The translations under genes were made by a program, and so were the position numbers. Below the pieces are notes generated by a model, which had not been told where the DNA came from, did not search any database, and saw nothing but the letters and a program-made list of their open reading frames with translations. DNA of 63,064 nt, counting the filler, from Chiloscyllium plagiosum (lineage: Eukaryota): the NCBI RefSeq assembly GCF_004010195.1. It is 5 parts of one record of this genome, joined end to end, with 100 filler letters (N's around TTAATTAATTAA, not from the genome) between each part and the next. Parts side by side here need not be neighbours in the genome. Positions count along the whole stretch, not along the records: positions 1 to 19,724 come from NC_057710.1; positions 19,825 to 37,475 come from NC_057710.1; 3 more parts are not named here. The stretch is one strand, 5' to 3'. Within the stretch, counting starts at the first letter, position 1; each line of letters opens with the position of its first letter. This document shows positions 11,610 through 21,859 of this stretch, piece by piece.

Positions 11610-14600
11610 TGTTAGCATTTATTGCCCATCTCTATTTGCCCTTGAGATAGTGATAGTGAGCTGCTCTCTCGAACCACTGCAATCCATGTTAGTGAGACCC
11701 ACAACATCATTAGGGAGGAAGTTCCAGGATTTTTACTCAGAGACACTGAAGGAACGGCGATATGTTTCCAAGTCAGGTGAATGTCTTGGAGGGAAATGTA
11801 CAGACCCCTTCACTGCAGCTTACACCTGCAACGCTGTCCCCCCCAACAGTTTCCAAAGCTGTATATTTATTTTTTAGGGGAACGACCTAAACGATATGTT
11901 TCCAAGTCAGGTGAATGTCTTGGAGGGAAATGTATATATATTGGTGTTCCCATGTATAAGCTTCCTTTGTCCTTGTAGATGGTAGTGTTTGTGTGTTTGG
12001 AAGGAGCTTTGGTGAATTCCTGCAGTGCTTCTTGTTTTTGGTACATATTGGTGCTACTGAGTGTCATGAGTAGAGGAACTGAATGTTTATAGTTTAGTGT
12101 CAAACAAGTAGATTATTTTGTCTTAGATGATGTCAAGCTTCTTCAATATCATTAGAGATGCACTGATCGAGACAAGTGGAGATTTGTCTATCACACTCCT
12201 GACTTAGGTTGTCTTATAGACGGTGGACAGGGTTTGGGGAGTGGGGATTTGAGTTGATCCCTGCAGAACTCCTAGCCTCTGACCTGTTTTTCTTGCCACT
12301 GTATTTGTCGAGACCAGTTCAGATTCTGGTCAATGGTAACCACCAGGACATTGATAGTAAGACCATAAGATCATAAGAAATAAGAGTGGAAGTGCGGCCA
12401 TTCAGCCCATCGAGTCCACTCTGCCAGTCAATCATGGCTGATGGGGCATTTCAACGCCACTTACCGGCACTCTCTTTGTATCTCCTAATTTCTTGTGAGC
12501 TTAAGAATTTATCATTCTCTGCTTTGAAGACATTTAACATGCTGGCCTCCACTGTGCTCCGTGGCAATGAATTCCACAGGCCCACCACTCTCTGGCTGAA
12601 GAAATGTTTCCTCATTTATGTTCTAAATTGACCCCTTCTAATTCTAAGGCTGTGCCCACGGGTCCTAGTCTCCCCGCCTAACGGAAACAACTTCCCAGTG
12701 TCCACCCTTTCTAAGCCATGAATTATCTTGTAAGCTTCTATTAGATCTCCCTTCAATCTTCTGAACTCTAATGAATACAGTCCCAGGATCCTCAGCCGTT
12801 CATCGTATGTTAGGCCTACCATTCCAGGGATCATCCCCACTTCTGACCTCATGATGAATCTCTGCTGGACACGCTCCAGTGCCAATATGTCCTTCCTGAG
12901 GTTTGGGGCCCAAATCTGGACACAGTATTCCAAATGGGGCCTAACCAGAACTTTATAAAGTGTCAGTAGCACATCGCTGCTTTTACATTCCAACCCTCTT
13001 GAGATAAATGACAACATTACATTTGCTTTCTTAAGTATGGACTCAACCTGCAAATCAACCTTTAGAGAATCCTGGGCTAGCACTCCCAGATCCCTTTGTA
13101 CTTTGGCTTTATGAATTTTCTCACCGTGTAGAAAATAGTCCATGCCTGTGTTCTTTTTTTCTAAAGTGCAAGGCCTCATATTTGTTCACATTGAATTTCA
13201 TCAGCCATCTCTTGGACCACACTCCTAAACTGTCTAAATCTTTCTGCACCCTCCCCACCCCCTCAGTACTACCTGCCTGTCCACCAAACTTCATATCATC
13301 ATGGGGGCCAGAATGTCCCCAATCCCTTTGCCCAGATCATTAATACATAAAGTGAACAGCTGCAGCCCCCAACACTGAACCCTGTGGACATCACTTGTCA
13401 CTAACTGCCATTCCAAAAAAGAACCTTTTATCCCAACTCTCTGCCTTCTGTCAGACAGCCAATCCTTAATCCATGGCAGTAGCTCTCCTCGAACACAATG
13501 GCCCTCGCCTTACTCAGTAGCCTTCCCTGAGGCACCTTATCAAAGGCCTTTTGGAAGTCTAGGTAGATAGCATCCATTGAGTTTCCCTGGTTTAACCTAC
13601 TTGTTACCTCTTCAAATAATTCTAACAGGTTTGTCAGGCATAACCTTCCCTTACTAAATCCATGCTGACTTGTTCCAATCTGACCCTGGACTTCCAAGAA
13701 TTTAGAAATCTCATCCTTAACGATGGATTCTAGACTTTTACCTACAACTGACGTTAAGCTAATCAGCCTATAATTTTCCATCTTTTATCTTGAACCTTCC
13801 TTGAACAAGGGGGTTACAACAGCGATTTTCCAATCAGCTGGGACTTTCTCTGACTCTCGTGATTTTTGAAAGAAATAGTGGAGGATTAGTGATGGTAATC
13901 CATTAATGTCAAGGAGTAATAGTTCAATTTTTTCTTGTTGGAAATGGTCAGTGCCTGGCACTGTTTAGTGTGAATATTACTTCACATGTCGATAAAAGCT
14001 TAGATGTTGTCATTTGGATATAGTTTGCTTCAAAATTTGAAGACTGATAAATGGGTACTGAACACTCATCAGTAAACATCCCGACTTCTGACCTCTTGAT
14101 GGAGGAAAGGTATCTGAAGATGGTTGAGCCACAGATGATTTGGCTTGAGTGACTGTTGCAGAGATGTCCTGGAGCTGAGATGACTGACATTCAACTTTGT
14201 GCTAGGCATGACTCCAACCAATAGAGAGTTCTCCCCCATGCATAGTACAATTTCACCTTTTCTGTCCTCACAGCTCCCTCCATGTGTTGTTCAGGATGGA
14301 GGAGTACTGATTTATCAGCTGAGGGAGGACAGTATGTGGTAATTAGCTGGAGAGTTCCTTGTCCATGTTTCACCTGATCCCATGGAATCAATGTTGAGGA
14401 CTCTCAGGACAACTCCCACCTGATTGTACACCACTATGTTGCCACCTGTCGGTGGGATAGGACAAATCCTGGGATGGTGCTGGCGGTGCCTGGGACATTG
14501 TCTGCAAGATGTGATTCTGTGAGTGTAACTGTGTCAGGTTGTTGGTTGACTAGTCATTCGGAAAACTCTCCAGTGTTTGTACAAATCCTAAATGCTAGGG

Positions 14601-14660
14601 AAGAGGATTTTTCATTTGTGGTACCTCGGTTAATTGGTGGTCCATCCAGTTTTGTCTAGT
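11610..14660 (-). mobile_element. Degraded L2-group LINE hosting a CR1 insertion
   Basis: Minus-strand tail ctcaagggc...gggcaataaatgct; RSEVGMF.D..CSV (RT) and LLITTY.PPS (APE) motifs; related pieces at 37915-38750 and ~57400-57800. Confidence 0.65.
12360..13872 (-). mobile_element. CR1 LINE (RT region and 3' tail)
   Basis: ENYR.ISLTSVVGK, QHGF.KGR.CLTNL, YLDFQKAFDKVP; tail at 12360-12377. Confidence 0.92.
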
Positions 14661-14880
14661 AATATCCGGGAATGGGTAGGTGGTCTAATAAGGAAATCTT
14701 GGACAGGCTAGATTTGTAAGCAATGACTTGAAACATAAGATCTGAAAAGGTCTTGACATAGACAATGTTGAAAGTATGGGTGATGCGAGGGTTAATGTTT
14801 TAAAATCACAGGTCATTTTTAAAAAATTAAGTTAAGGCAATATCTTTTCTCTCAGATGGTCATGAGTTTTTAGAACACTT

Positions 14881-15086
14881 GCTGAAAATGTGTTGCTGGA
14901 AAAGCGCAGCAGGTCAGGCAGCATCCAGGGAACAGGAGAATCGACGTTTCGGGCATAAGCCCTTCTTCAGGGCTTATGCCCGAAACGTCGATTCTCCTGT
15001 TCCCTGGATGCTGCCTGACCTGCTGCGCTTTTCCAGCAACACATTTTCAGCTCTGATCTCCAGCATCTGCAGACCTCACTTTCTCC
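14881..15086. mobile_element. Fold-back palindromic Penelope-terminus insertion with 14-bp TSD
   Basis: Perfect 83-bp inverted arms 14881-14963 / 14969-15051; TSD tttttagaacactt at 14867-14880 and 15087-15100. Confidence 0.92.
14943..14970 (-). ncRNA. Minimal hammerhead ribozyme core
   Basis: Minus strand CUGAAGA-A-GGGC-UUAU-GCCC-GAAAC-GUC. Confidence 0.75.
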
Positions 15087-15244
15087 TTTTTAGAACACTT
15101 GACAAGCATGGGCAGTGGAAGCAGATTCTTTAAAGGTTTTTAAGGCAGCAGTAGATAAATTCTTGTTAAGTAAGTGTAAAAGGTTATCAGCAGTAGGCAG
15201 AAATGTGGATTTGAGGTTACAGTTAGGTTAATCATGATTGTATT

Positions 15245-15563
15245 GGGGTGGCACGGTGGCCCAGTGGTTAGCACTGCTGCCTCACAGTGCCAGGGACCGG
15301 GGTTCAATTCCAGCCTCGGGTGACTGTCTGTGTGGAGTTTGCACATTCTCCCCGTGTCTGTGTGGGTTTGCTCTGGTATCCTCCCACCTTGCACCAAAGG
15401 TGTGCAGGTTAGGTGGATTGGCCATGCTAAATTGCCCATAGTGTTAGGTACATTAGTTAGGGTAAATGTAGGGAAATGAGTCTGAGTTGGTTACTCTTCG
15501 GAGGGTTGGTGTGGACTTGTTGGGTCGAAGTGCCTGTTTCCACGCTGTAGGGATTCTAATCTA
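15245..15563 (+). mobile_element. HE1-type V-SINE
   Basis: Head, V-domain and tail match 7323-7654. Confidence 0.88.
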
Positions 15564-16829
15564 ATGTCAGTCGGGCGGCTGAATGGTGTAGTTCTGCGAA
15601 TTGGAGAGATGTTTGTATTAATCCGCATGTCTGCATCTCTTTTTCCAATGACTCACTGGAAGCATTGAAAACACTTGACATATTCAATTGAGATTGGGTA
15701 GCCATTTTCTGCATCTCACAGGTAGTTTGTTGTTGGAGTGAGTGGAGGAGTATTAGGAGGAAAAAGTGCCAGATTTTCTTGGAACAGTGTCGGGGAACCC
15801 ATTGGAAGGTACTTGGGTTGTTGTGCCAATGTTGAGGTGAACTCCTGCTGCACGTTCTAACCCATAACCATCTGAACTAGGGGCCAGAATGCATACATTG
15901 GCTACACTGCGCTAACACTCCCCTTTCCTTCAGGGAGATCATTGCGCCTTCCAAAACAGCCAGAGGTAGATTTAAGAGGCTGCCCTGAATTGATAGCCAT
16001 TACTAGATTTTGACCTTCTGCGCATTAACTGCAAATGTCACTGCATCCAGCTTAGATGATCTGACCTTCAAGCACTGATCGTACCTGATCTAGGCTTACA
16101 CGCTCTGCCAGACACCTATGGGACCCATTCAGAACGTAAGAAGACAGCTTTATTTCGATACTTATAAGTCACTCAGCTGTATCAGCACCAACCCACATCA
16201 GCACCATCACCGTGCATCTGTAAGCTCTCTGTTCACTTTAATGCAAGCATTTCCTTCAAATAGAGAACTACAATTACAGCAAAAAAGTTAGGTGACGTTT
16301 AATCAAAGTGTTCAAAATTATGGTGGGGTTCAATATAGGTCAAGAGACACTCCCCACAGCAGCAATGATAACTAGCGGGCAAAGTTTTAAGGAATTTTGA
16401 TGAGGGAGGGAGAGGAATTTATTTTTTTACACACTAAGTGTTTATGATGTGATATGCACAGCCTGAAAGCATGACTCAGTTCAGTTCAGTAGAGATTTTC
16501 AAAATGAAGCTGAACAAATGCTTACAAAAGAAACAATTACATGGTTATGGGAGGACAGAGATGAGTGAGAAACTGGTTGGAAAGCTCTTTCAGAGAATGT
16601 GTTCTGAGACAATGGGCCCAATGGTCTCCCTCTGTAATCTGCAGTTCTATTCTATTAGCTTGAAGCCCTAATTTGTTACCATTCGTAAATGTGTGGGAGT
16701 TCTCTTCATGTAGCACTGCAATGTTTTGCAGTAAGTAATCATACTTTTGAAAATGTGTTCACAAGATGTAGGTATAAAACTCATGTTAAGCCCTGTATCT
16801 AATGAAGGATGGGTTGGCACTGGAGTGGG

Positions 16830-17300
16830 TCCAGAGAATGATCTTGGGGGTGAAGGGCTTGTCATATGAGGAGCAGTTGAGGACTCTGGGTCTGCACTCA
16901 ACAGAGTTTAGAAAGATATGGGGGATCTGATTGAAACTTAAAGAATCCTGAGAGGCCTGGGTACAGTGGACATGGAAAAGATGTTTCCACTCATAGGAGA
17001 GACGAGGGCGTGAGGGCACAGCCTCAGAGTGAAAGGAAGACCCTTTAGAACTGAAATGAGAAGGAATTTCTTCAGCCAGAGGAGAGTGAATCTGTGGAAT
17101 TCATTGCTAGAGAAGGCTGTGGAGGCCCAGTCATTGATTGTGTTGAAGACAGAGATGAATAGATTCTTGATTAGTAAGGGGATCAAAGGTTATGGGGACA
17201 AAGCAGGAGAATGGGGTTAAGTAACATATTAGCCACGATCAAATAGTGGAGCAGATTTGTTTGGACAAATGGTCTAATTCTGCTCCTATATCATATGGTC
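16830..17300 (+). mobile_element. CR1 3' fragment
   Basis: KGRPFRTEMRRNFFSQR.VNLWNSL. Confidence 0.85.
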
Positions 17301-17336
17301 TGATAGTGAAATGCCTTGATGTGATTTCATTTATAA

Positions 17337-17890
17337 GACCATAACACCATAAGACACAGGAGCAGAAATTAGGCCATTCAGCCCATCGAGCCTGCTCTGC
17401 CATTCAATTATGGCTGATACATTTCTCATCTCCATCCTTCCACTTTCTGCCCGTAACCCTTGATCCCCTTGATACTCAAGAACCTATCTATCTCTGTCTT
17501 AAATATACTCAATGACTTGGCCTCCATAGCCTTCTGCGGCAATGAATTCCGTAGATTCAACACTGTTTAGCTGAAGAAGTTTCTCCTTATCCCCATTCTA
17601 AAAAATCTTAGCTTTGTTCTAAGGCTTTGCCCACGGGTCCCAGTCTCTCCTACAAATGGAAACATCTTCCCAAACTCTACTCTGTCTAGGCCATTCAGTA
17701 TTCTCTTTATTTCAATCAGATCCCCTACTCAGCCTTCTAAACTCCATTGTGCGTAGGCCCAGAGTCCTCAAACATTCCTCATGTGTTAAGCTTTTCATTG
17801 CTGGGACCATCTCCTTTGAAGATGCTCCAGGGCAAGTACATCCTTCCTGAGATATGGGGCCCAAAACTGCAGACAATACTCCAAATGTGA
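17337..17890 (-). mobile_element. CR1 3' fragment, inverted relative to 16830-17300
   Basis: gaccataac/gaccataag tail and reverse-complement CR1 C-terminal sequence. Confidence 0.8.
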
Positions 17891-18226
17891 TCTGATGGTT
17901 GCTATGTCACTGCTTTGTGGTGCAGTGGGTTTTGTACCCACCTGTGAACAAGATATTCCTTTGAAATCCCACTTCAGAACTTGATAACCAAAGGAAGGCT
18001 ACTAATCCGATTTTGTACAAACTTGTAAACATACATCAACGATGGGCAGGAAGAGTGGGAGATGTTCTTAGTCAGCCGGGCTATGGAAAGAAATTGGGGA
18101 GAGAGGAGGAAAATAATACGTGGAGATAATTATTTGAAGTTTGAATGTTCTCAGCACATTAATACAGTTTTCCTTTGGAACTTAAACATGTTTGTGCTGT
18201 CAATGCTTGGGAACAGTCCACTTCCA

Positions 18227-18514
18227 GAGTTGAAAAATGTGGTGCTGGAAAAACACAGCAGGCCAGGCAGCATCCGAGAAGCAGGAGAATTGACGTTTCG
18301 GGCATAAGCCCTTCTTCAGGAATGAGGAAGGTGTGCCAAGCGGGCTGAGATAAAAGGTAGGGAGGAGGGACTTGGGGGAGGGGCGTTGGGAATGCGATAG
18401 ATGGAAGGAGATGAGGGTGAGGGTGATAGGCCAGAGTGGGGGTGGGAGCAGAGACATCAGGAAGAAGATTGCAGGTCAAGAGGGCGGTGCTGAATCTGCG
18501 GGTTGGGACTGAGA
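18227..18514 (-). mobile_element. Penelope pseudo-LTR fragment with hammerhead core (18292-18319)
   Basis: Minus strand ctgaagaagggcttatgcccgaaacgtc; runs into N gap. Confidence 0.85.
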
Positions 18515-18808
18515 NNNNNNNNNNNNNNNNNNNNNNNNNNNNNNNNNNNNNNNNNNNNNNNNNNNNNNNNNNNNNNNNNNNNNNNNNNNNNNNNNNNNNN
18601 NNNNNNNNNNNNNNNNNNNNNNNNNNNNNNNNNNNNNNNNNNNNNNNNNNNNNNNNNNNNNNNNNNNNNNNNNNNNNNNNNNNNNNNNNNNNNNNNNNNN
18701 NNATGATTGGACGTTGGAGGATCGCTTGGTTGTGCTGACCTACTATTGGTGGATCTTCATGCTGGCTTCGGCCTAACGCCAATTCAGGGACCAGCCAACC
18801 TCAGAGCT

Positions 18809-19724
18809 ATGGCCTCAACAGCTGCCCGCAGCACTGGGCAGGGGGTTCGCAACACAGTCCGGGTGACTGTGAAGAAGGTAGAGGGTCGTACACCGGTGGA
18901 TCGCATCCTGTTTATTAAGAAGGTATTGCTGGGATGCTGTGGGTTCGCTGCAGCGGATGTGTACTGCCTGCAGGATTTCCCTCGGACAGGCTACTTTGAT
19001 GTGACCTTCAGGATTGTGAAGCAGTGCAAACAGCTGCTGAAGGTCTTCAAGGAGAAGGAAGGGGAGCCGCTGTTTTCCATCTTGTCAGCAACCCCATTGT
19101 GTGTGCTCCCTGCACAGAGGAATCGGGTTGTTACAATCCATATGTACAACCCCTATGTTCCAGCGGCTGATGTCCTGACCTTCCTGGGAAGGTACGTTCA
19201 AGTTGAGGGAGAAGCCACCGATGTGATCGACCCCTTTGGGATCTGGACCAGTAAGCGGCAGGTCAGGGGGACTCTGAGGGTCGATGGCAATGGGAACATT
19301 CTCCACCCACCCTCGAGCTTCGCAATTGGAGGGAACAGAGGCTACCTGACATATGCAGGGCAGCCGAAAGTGTGCCGAACCTGCGGGAAGTCGGGACACG
19401 AGGCAGCGGACTGCAAGGGGACCATCTGCAGGAACTGCAAACAGGAGGGTCACCTGACTAAGGACTGTCAGGAAGCAAAGAGCTGCAACGTGTGCGGAGA
19501 GGCGGGCCACATGTACAAGACCTGCACAAGACGGGGGGTCCCCACTTACGCACAGATGGCTGGAGGTGGCAATGTGAGCCGTGGACCCCCAAAGACCAGT
19601 AATGTGCACCCAGACAGCAGGGAAACAGAGTCTGGTGGCACCCAGAAAGAAGAACAGGCCGGAGTGGAGGAGGTGGCAACCAGCGGAGAGACACAGCAGC
19701 TGATCGTAGCTCTCGCTGGACAGA
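18809..19724 (+). CDS. Tx1-type L1-clade ORF1 / ZCCHC3-like protein with three CCHC zinc knuckles, truncated by gap
   Basis: ATG 18809 (MASTAARS); FDVTF, VTIHMYNPYV...LGRY, GIWTSKRQV, PPSSFAIGGNRGYL.YAGQPK; CRTCGKSGHEAADC, CRNCKQEGHLTKDC, CNVCGEAGHMYKTC; no stop before the gap. Confidence 0.85.
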
Positions 19725-19824
19725 NNNNNNNNNNNNNNNNNNNNNNNNNNNNNNNNNNNNNNNNNNNNTTAATTAATTAANNNNNNNNNNNNNNNNNNNN
19801 NNNNNNNNNNNNNNNNNNNNNNNN
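19725..19824. other. Artificial contig join (N44-TTAATTAATTAA-N44)
   Basis: Identical 100-nt spacer occurs four times; the linker has stops in all six frames. Confidence 0.95.
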
Positions 19825-20710
19825 CAAGGATACTGGTGCCCCTTAGGTTCAGGTGTAGACCATCCTGTTTATAGAGGTCCCACCTTTCCCAGAAAGAACC
19901 CCAGTTATCCAAATACCGGCATCCCTCCCTCCTGCACCATCCCTGTAGCCACGCATTTAACTGTTCTCTCTCCCTATTCCTCGTCTCTCTATCACGTGGC
20001 ACGGGTAACAAACCAGAGACAACAACACTGTTTGTTCTAACTCTGAGCTTCCAACCTAGCTCCCTGAAAGCCTGCCTAACATCCTCAGCGCTCCTCCTTC
20101 CTATGTCATTGGTGCCAATGTGGACCACGACTTCGGGCTGCTCCCCCTCCCCCTTAAGGACCCGGAAAACACGATCAGAGACATCACGTACCCTTGCACC
20201 TGGGAGGCAACATACCAAACGTGAGTCTCTCTCGTTCCCACAAAACCGCCTATCTGTGCCCCGAACTATCGAGTCCCCAATTACTATTGCTCTGCTCTTC
20301 TCCGCCCTTCCCTGCTGAGTAACGGGGACAGGCTCCGTGCCAGAGGCCTGAGCCCCATTACTAACCCCTGGTAAGTCGTCCCCCCCACAAGTATCCAAAA
20401 CGGTATACTTGTTCTTGAGGGGAACGGCCGCAGGGGGTCCCTGCACTGGTTGCTTCCTCCCAGTCCCCCTCACTGTCACCCATCTATCTGCCATCTTTGG
20501 AGTTACTACTTCCCTGAAGCTCCGATCTATGACCCCCTCTGCCTCCTGAATGATCCTAAGTTCATCCAACTCCAGCTCCAGTTCCCTAGCACGGTCTTGG
20601 AGGAGGTGGAGATGGGTGCACTTCCTGCAAGTGTAATCAGCAGGGACGACCATGGCATCCCTCACCTCAAACATGTTGCAAGAGGAACATTGCACTGCCT
20701 TCACTGCCAT
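19825..20710 (-). CDS. CR1 LINE ORF1p (zinc finger, coiled coil, SGNH esterase), 3' truncated by gap
   Basis: CSSC..CRKC, leucine-rich coil, IVIGDSIVRG, LPGARV, VHIGTND, DGLHL blocks; open for ~295 codons. Confidence 0.92.
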
Positions 20711-21025
20711 CCCTTTGAAAGTAACCTTTTATAAAAAAAACTGGGTCTAAAGAATACAACAAGCAAAATGCAGCACTTACCTACTTACCACAACGGGTCT
20801 TATTATTTAGGTTAGAGGAGGAGGGAGGGTGGGAGACACTACCTCTGCAGTGCCTCGGGTTCTTCTCCTGCGTGCTTTTAAAGGGAAACAAAAACCTACC
20901 CGGCTGCCCCTCCGGTCTTCGTCACTTCCCCCTGCTGCTCCCGCTCTTTCTGTGAAGAGAGAAAAAAACACCGCTGCCCGCTACCGGTAAGTAATTTTAA
21001 AATAAACTGTCTTACCTTAGCTGCT
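20711..21025 (-). promoter_or_regulatory. Probable CR1 5' UTR / internal promoter
   Basis: CpG-rich stretch ~20895-20990 directly upstream of the ORF1 ATG; several GGTAAG donor-like motifs. Confidence 0.5.
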
Positions 21026-21027
21026 GC

Positions 21028-21329
21028 TACAGTGTGGAAACAGGCCCTTCGGCCCAACCAGTTCACACCGACCCTCCGAAGAGTAAACCACCCAGACCCA
21101 TTTCCCTCTGACTAATGTACCTAACACTATGGGCAATTTAGCATGGCCAGTTCACCTAACCTGCACACCTTTGGAGTGTGGGAGGAAACCGGAGCACCCG
21201 GAGGAAACAGATGCAGACACGAGGAGAATGTGCAAACTCCACACAGACAGTTGTCCAAGGCTGGAATCGAACCTGGGACCCTGGTGCTGTGAGGCAGCAG
21301 TGCCAACCACTGAGCCACCATGCTGCCCC
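21028..21329 (-). mobile_element. HE1-type V-SINE
   Basis: Reverse complement match to 7323-7654. Confidence 0.88.
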
Positions 21330-21623
21330 ATTAACAACGGAAAAGGACAAAGGAGCAATCCCCAGTAAAACAATAATTGGGGGAAAGTCAATTTCAGTGA
21401 GGTGAGATCAGTTTGGGACATGTAATGCAGCCTTTAAAGAGATGCCTTTAAAAAAAGAGAAAACTTAGGCACAGTCGAGGTATGACAGGAGGTGTATGTG
21501 AAGCAACAATACTGGCATTGAATGGGTGTGCGAAATGGCCTTTCTTTTGTTGCAATTTTTAAATAATGCTGTGAACTTCATTCTCTACCCATCAATTCTC
21601 TTGGGTCTATCTGGTCACTGTCA

Positions 21624-21795
21624 CCTCCCTATCTTTTATCTTAGCCTGCTGGACAAACTTTCCTCATTCCTGAAGAAGGGCTAATGCCCGAAACGTCGAT
21701 TCTCCTGTTCCCTAGATGCTGCCTGACCTGCTGCGCTTCTCCAGCAACACATTTCCATCTCTGATCTCCAGCATCTGCAGACCTCATTTTCTCTT
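21624..21795 (+). mobile_element. Penelope pseudo-LTR fragment
   Basis: Same sequence as the arms of 14881-15086. Confidence 0.85.
21670..21697 (+). ncRNA. Minimal hammerhead ribozyme core
   Basis: CUGAAGA-A-GGGC-UAAU-GCCC-GAAAC-GUC. Confidence 0.75.
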
Positions 21796-21859
21796 CAGTG
21801 GCAGAACCCAACCATTTATAATCTTAAGGTTCTATCTGACCTGGAATGAGCTTCTAATG

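Noticed and set aside
19769..19780. TTAATTAATTAA palindrome repeated at 19769, 37520, 52474 and 59213
   Set aside because: Always centred in exactly 100 nt of N padding; it is an assembly linker, and ORFs ending in X...LIN are artefacts
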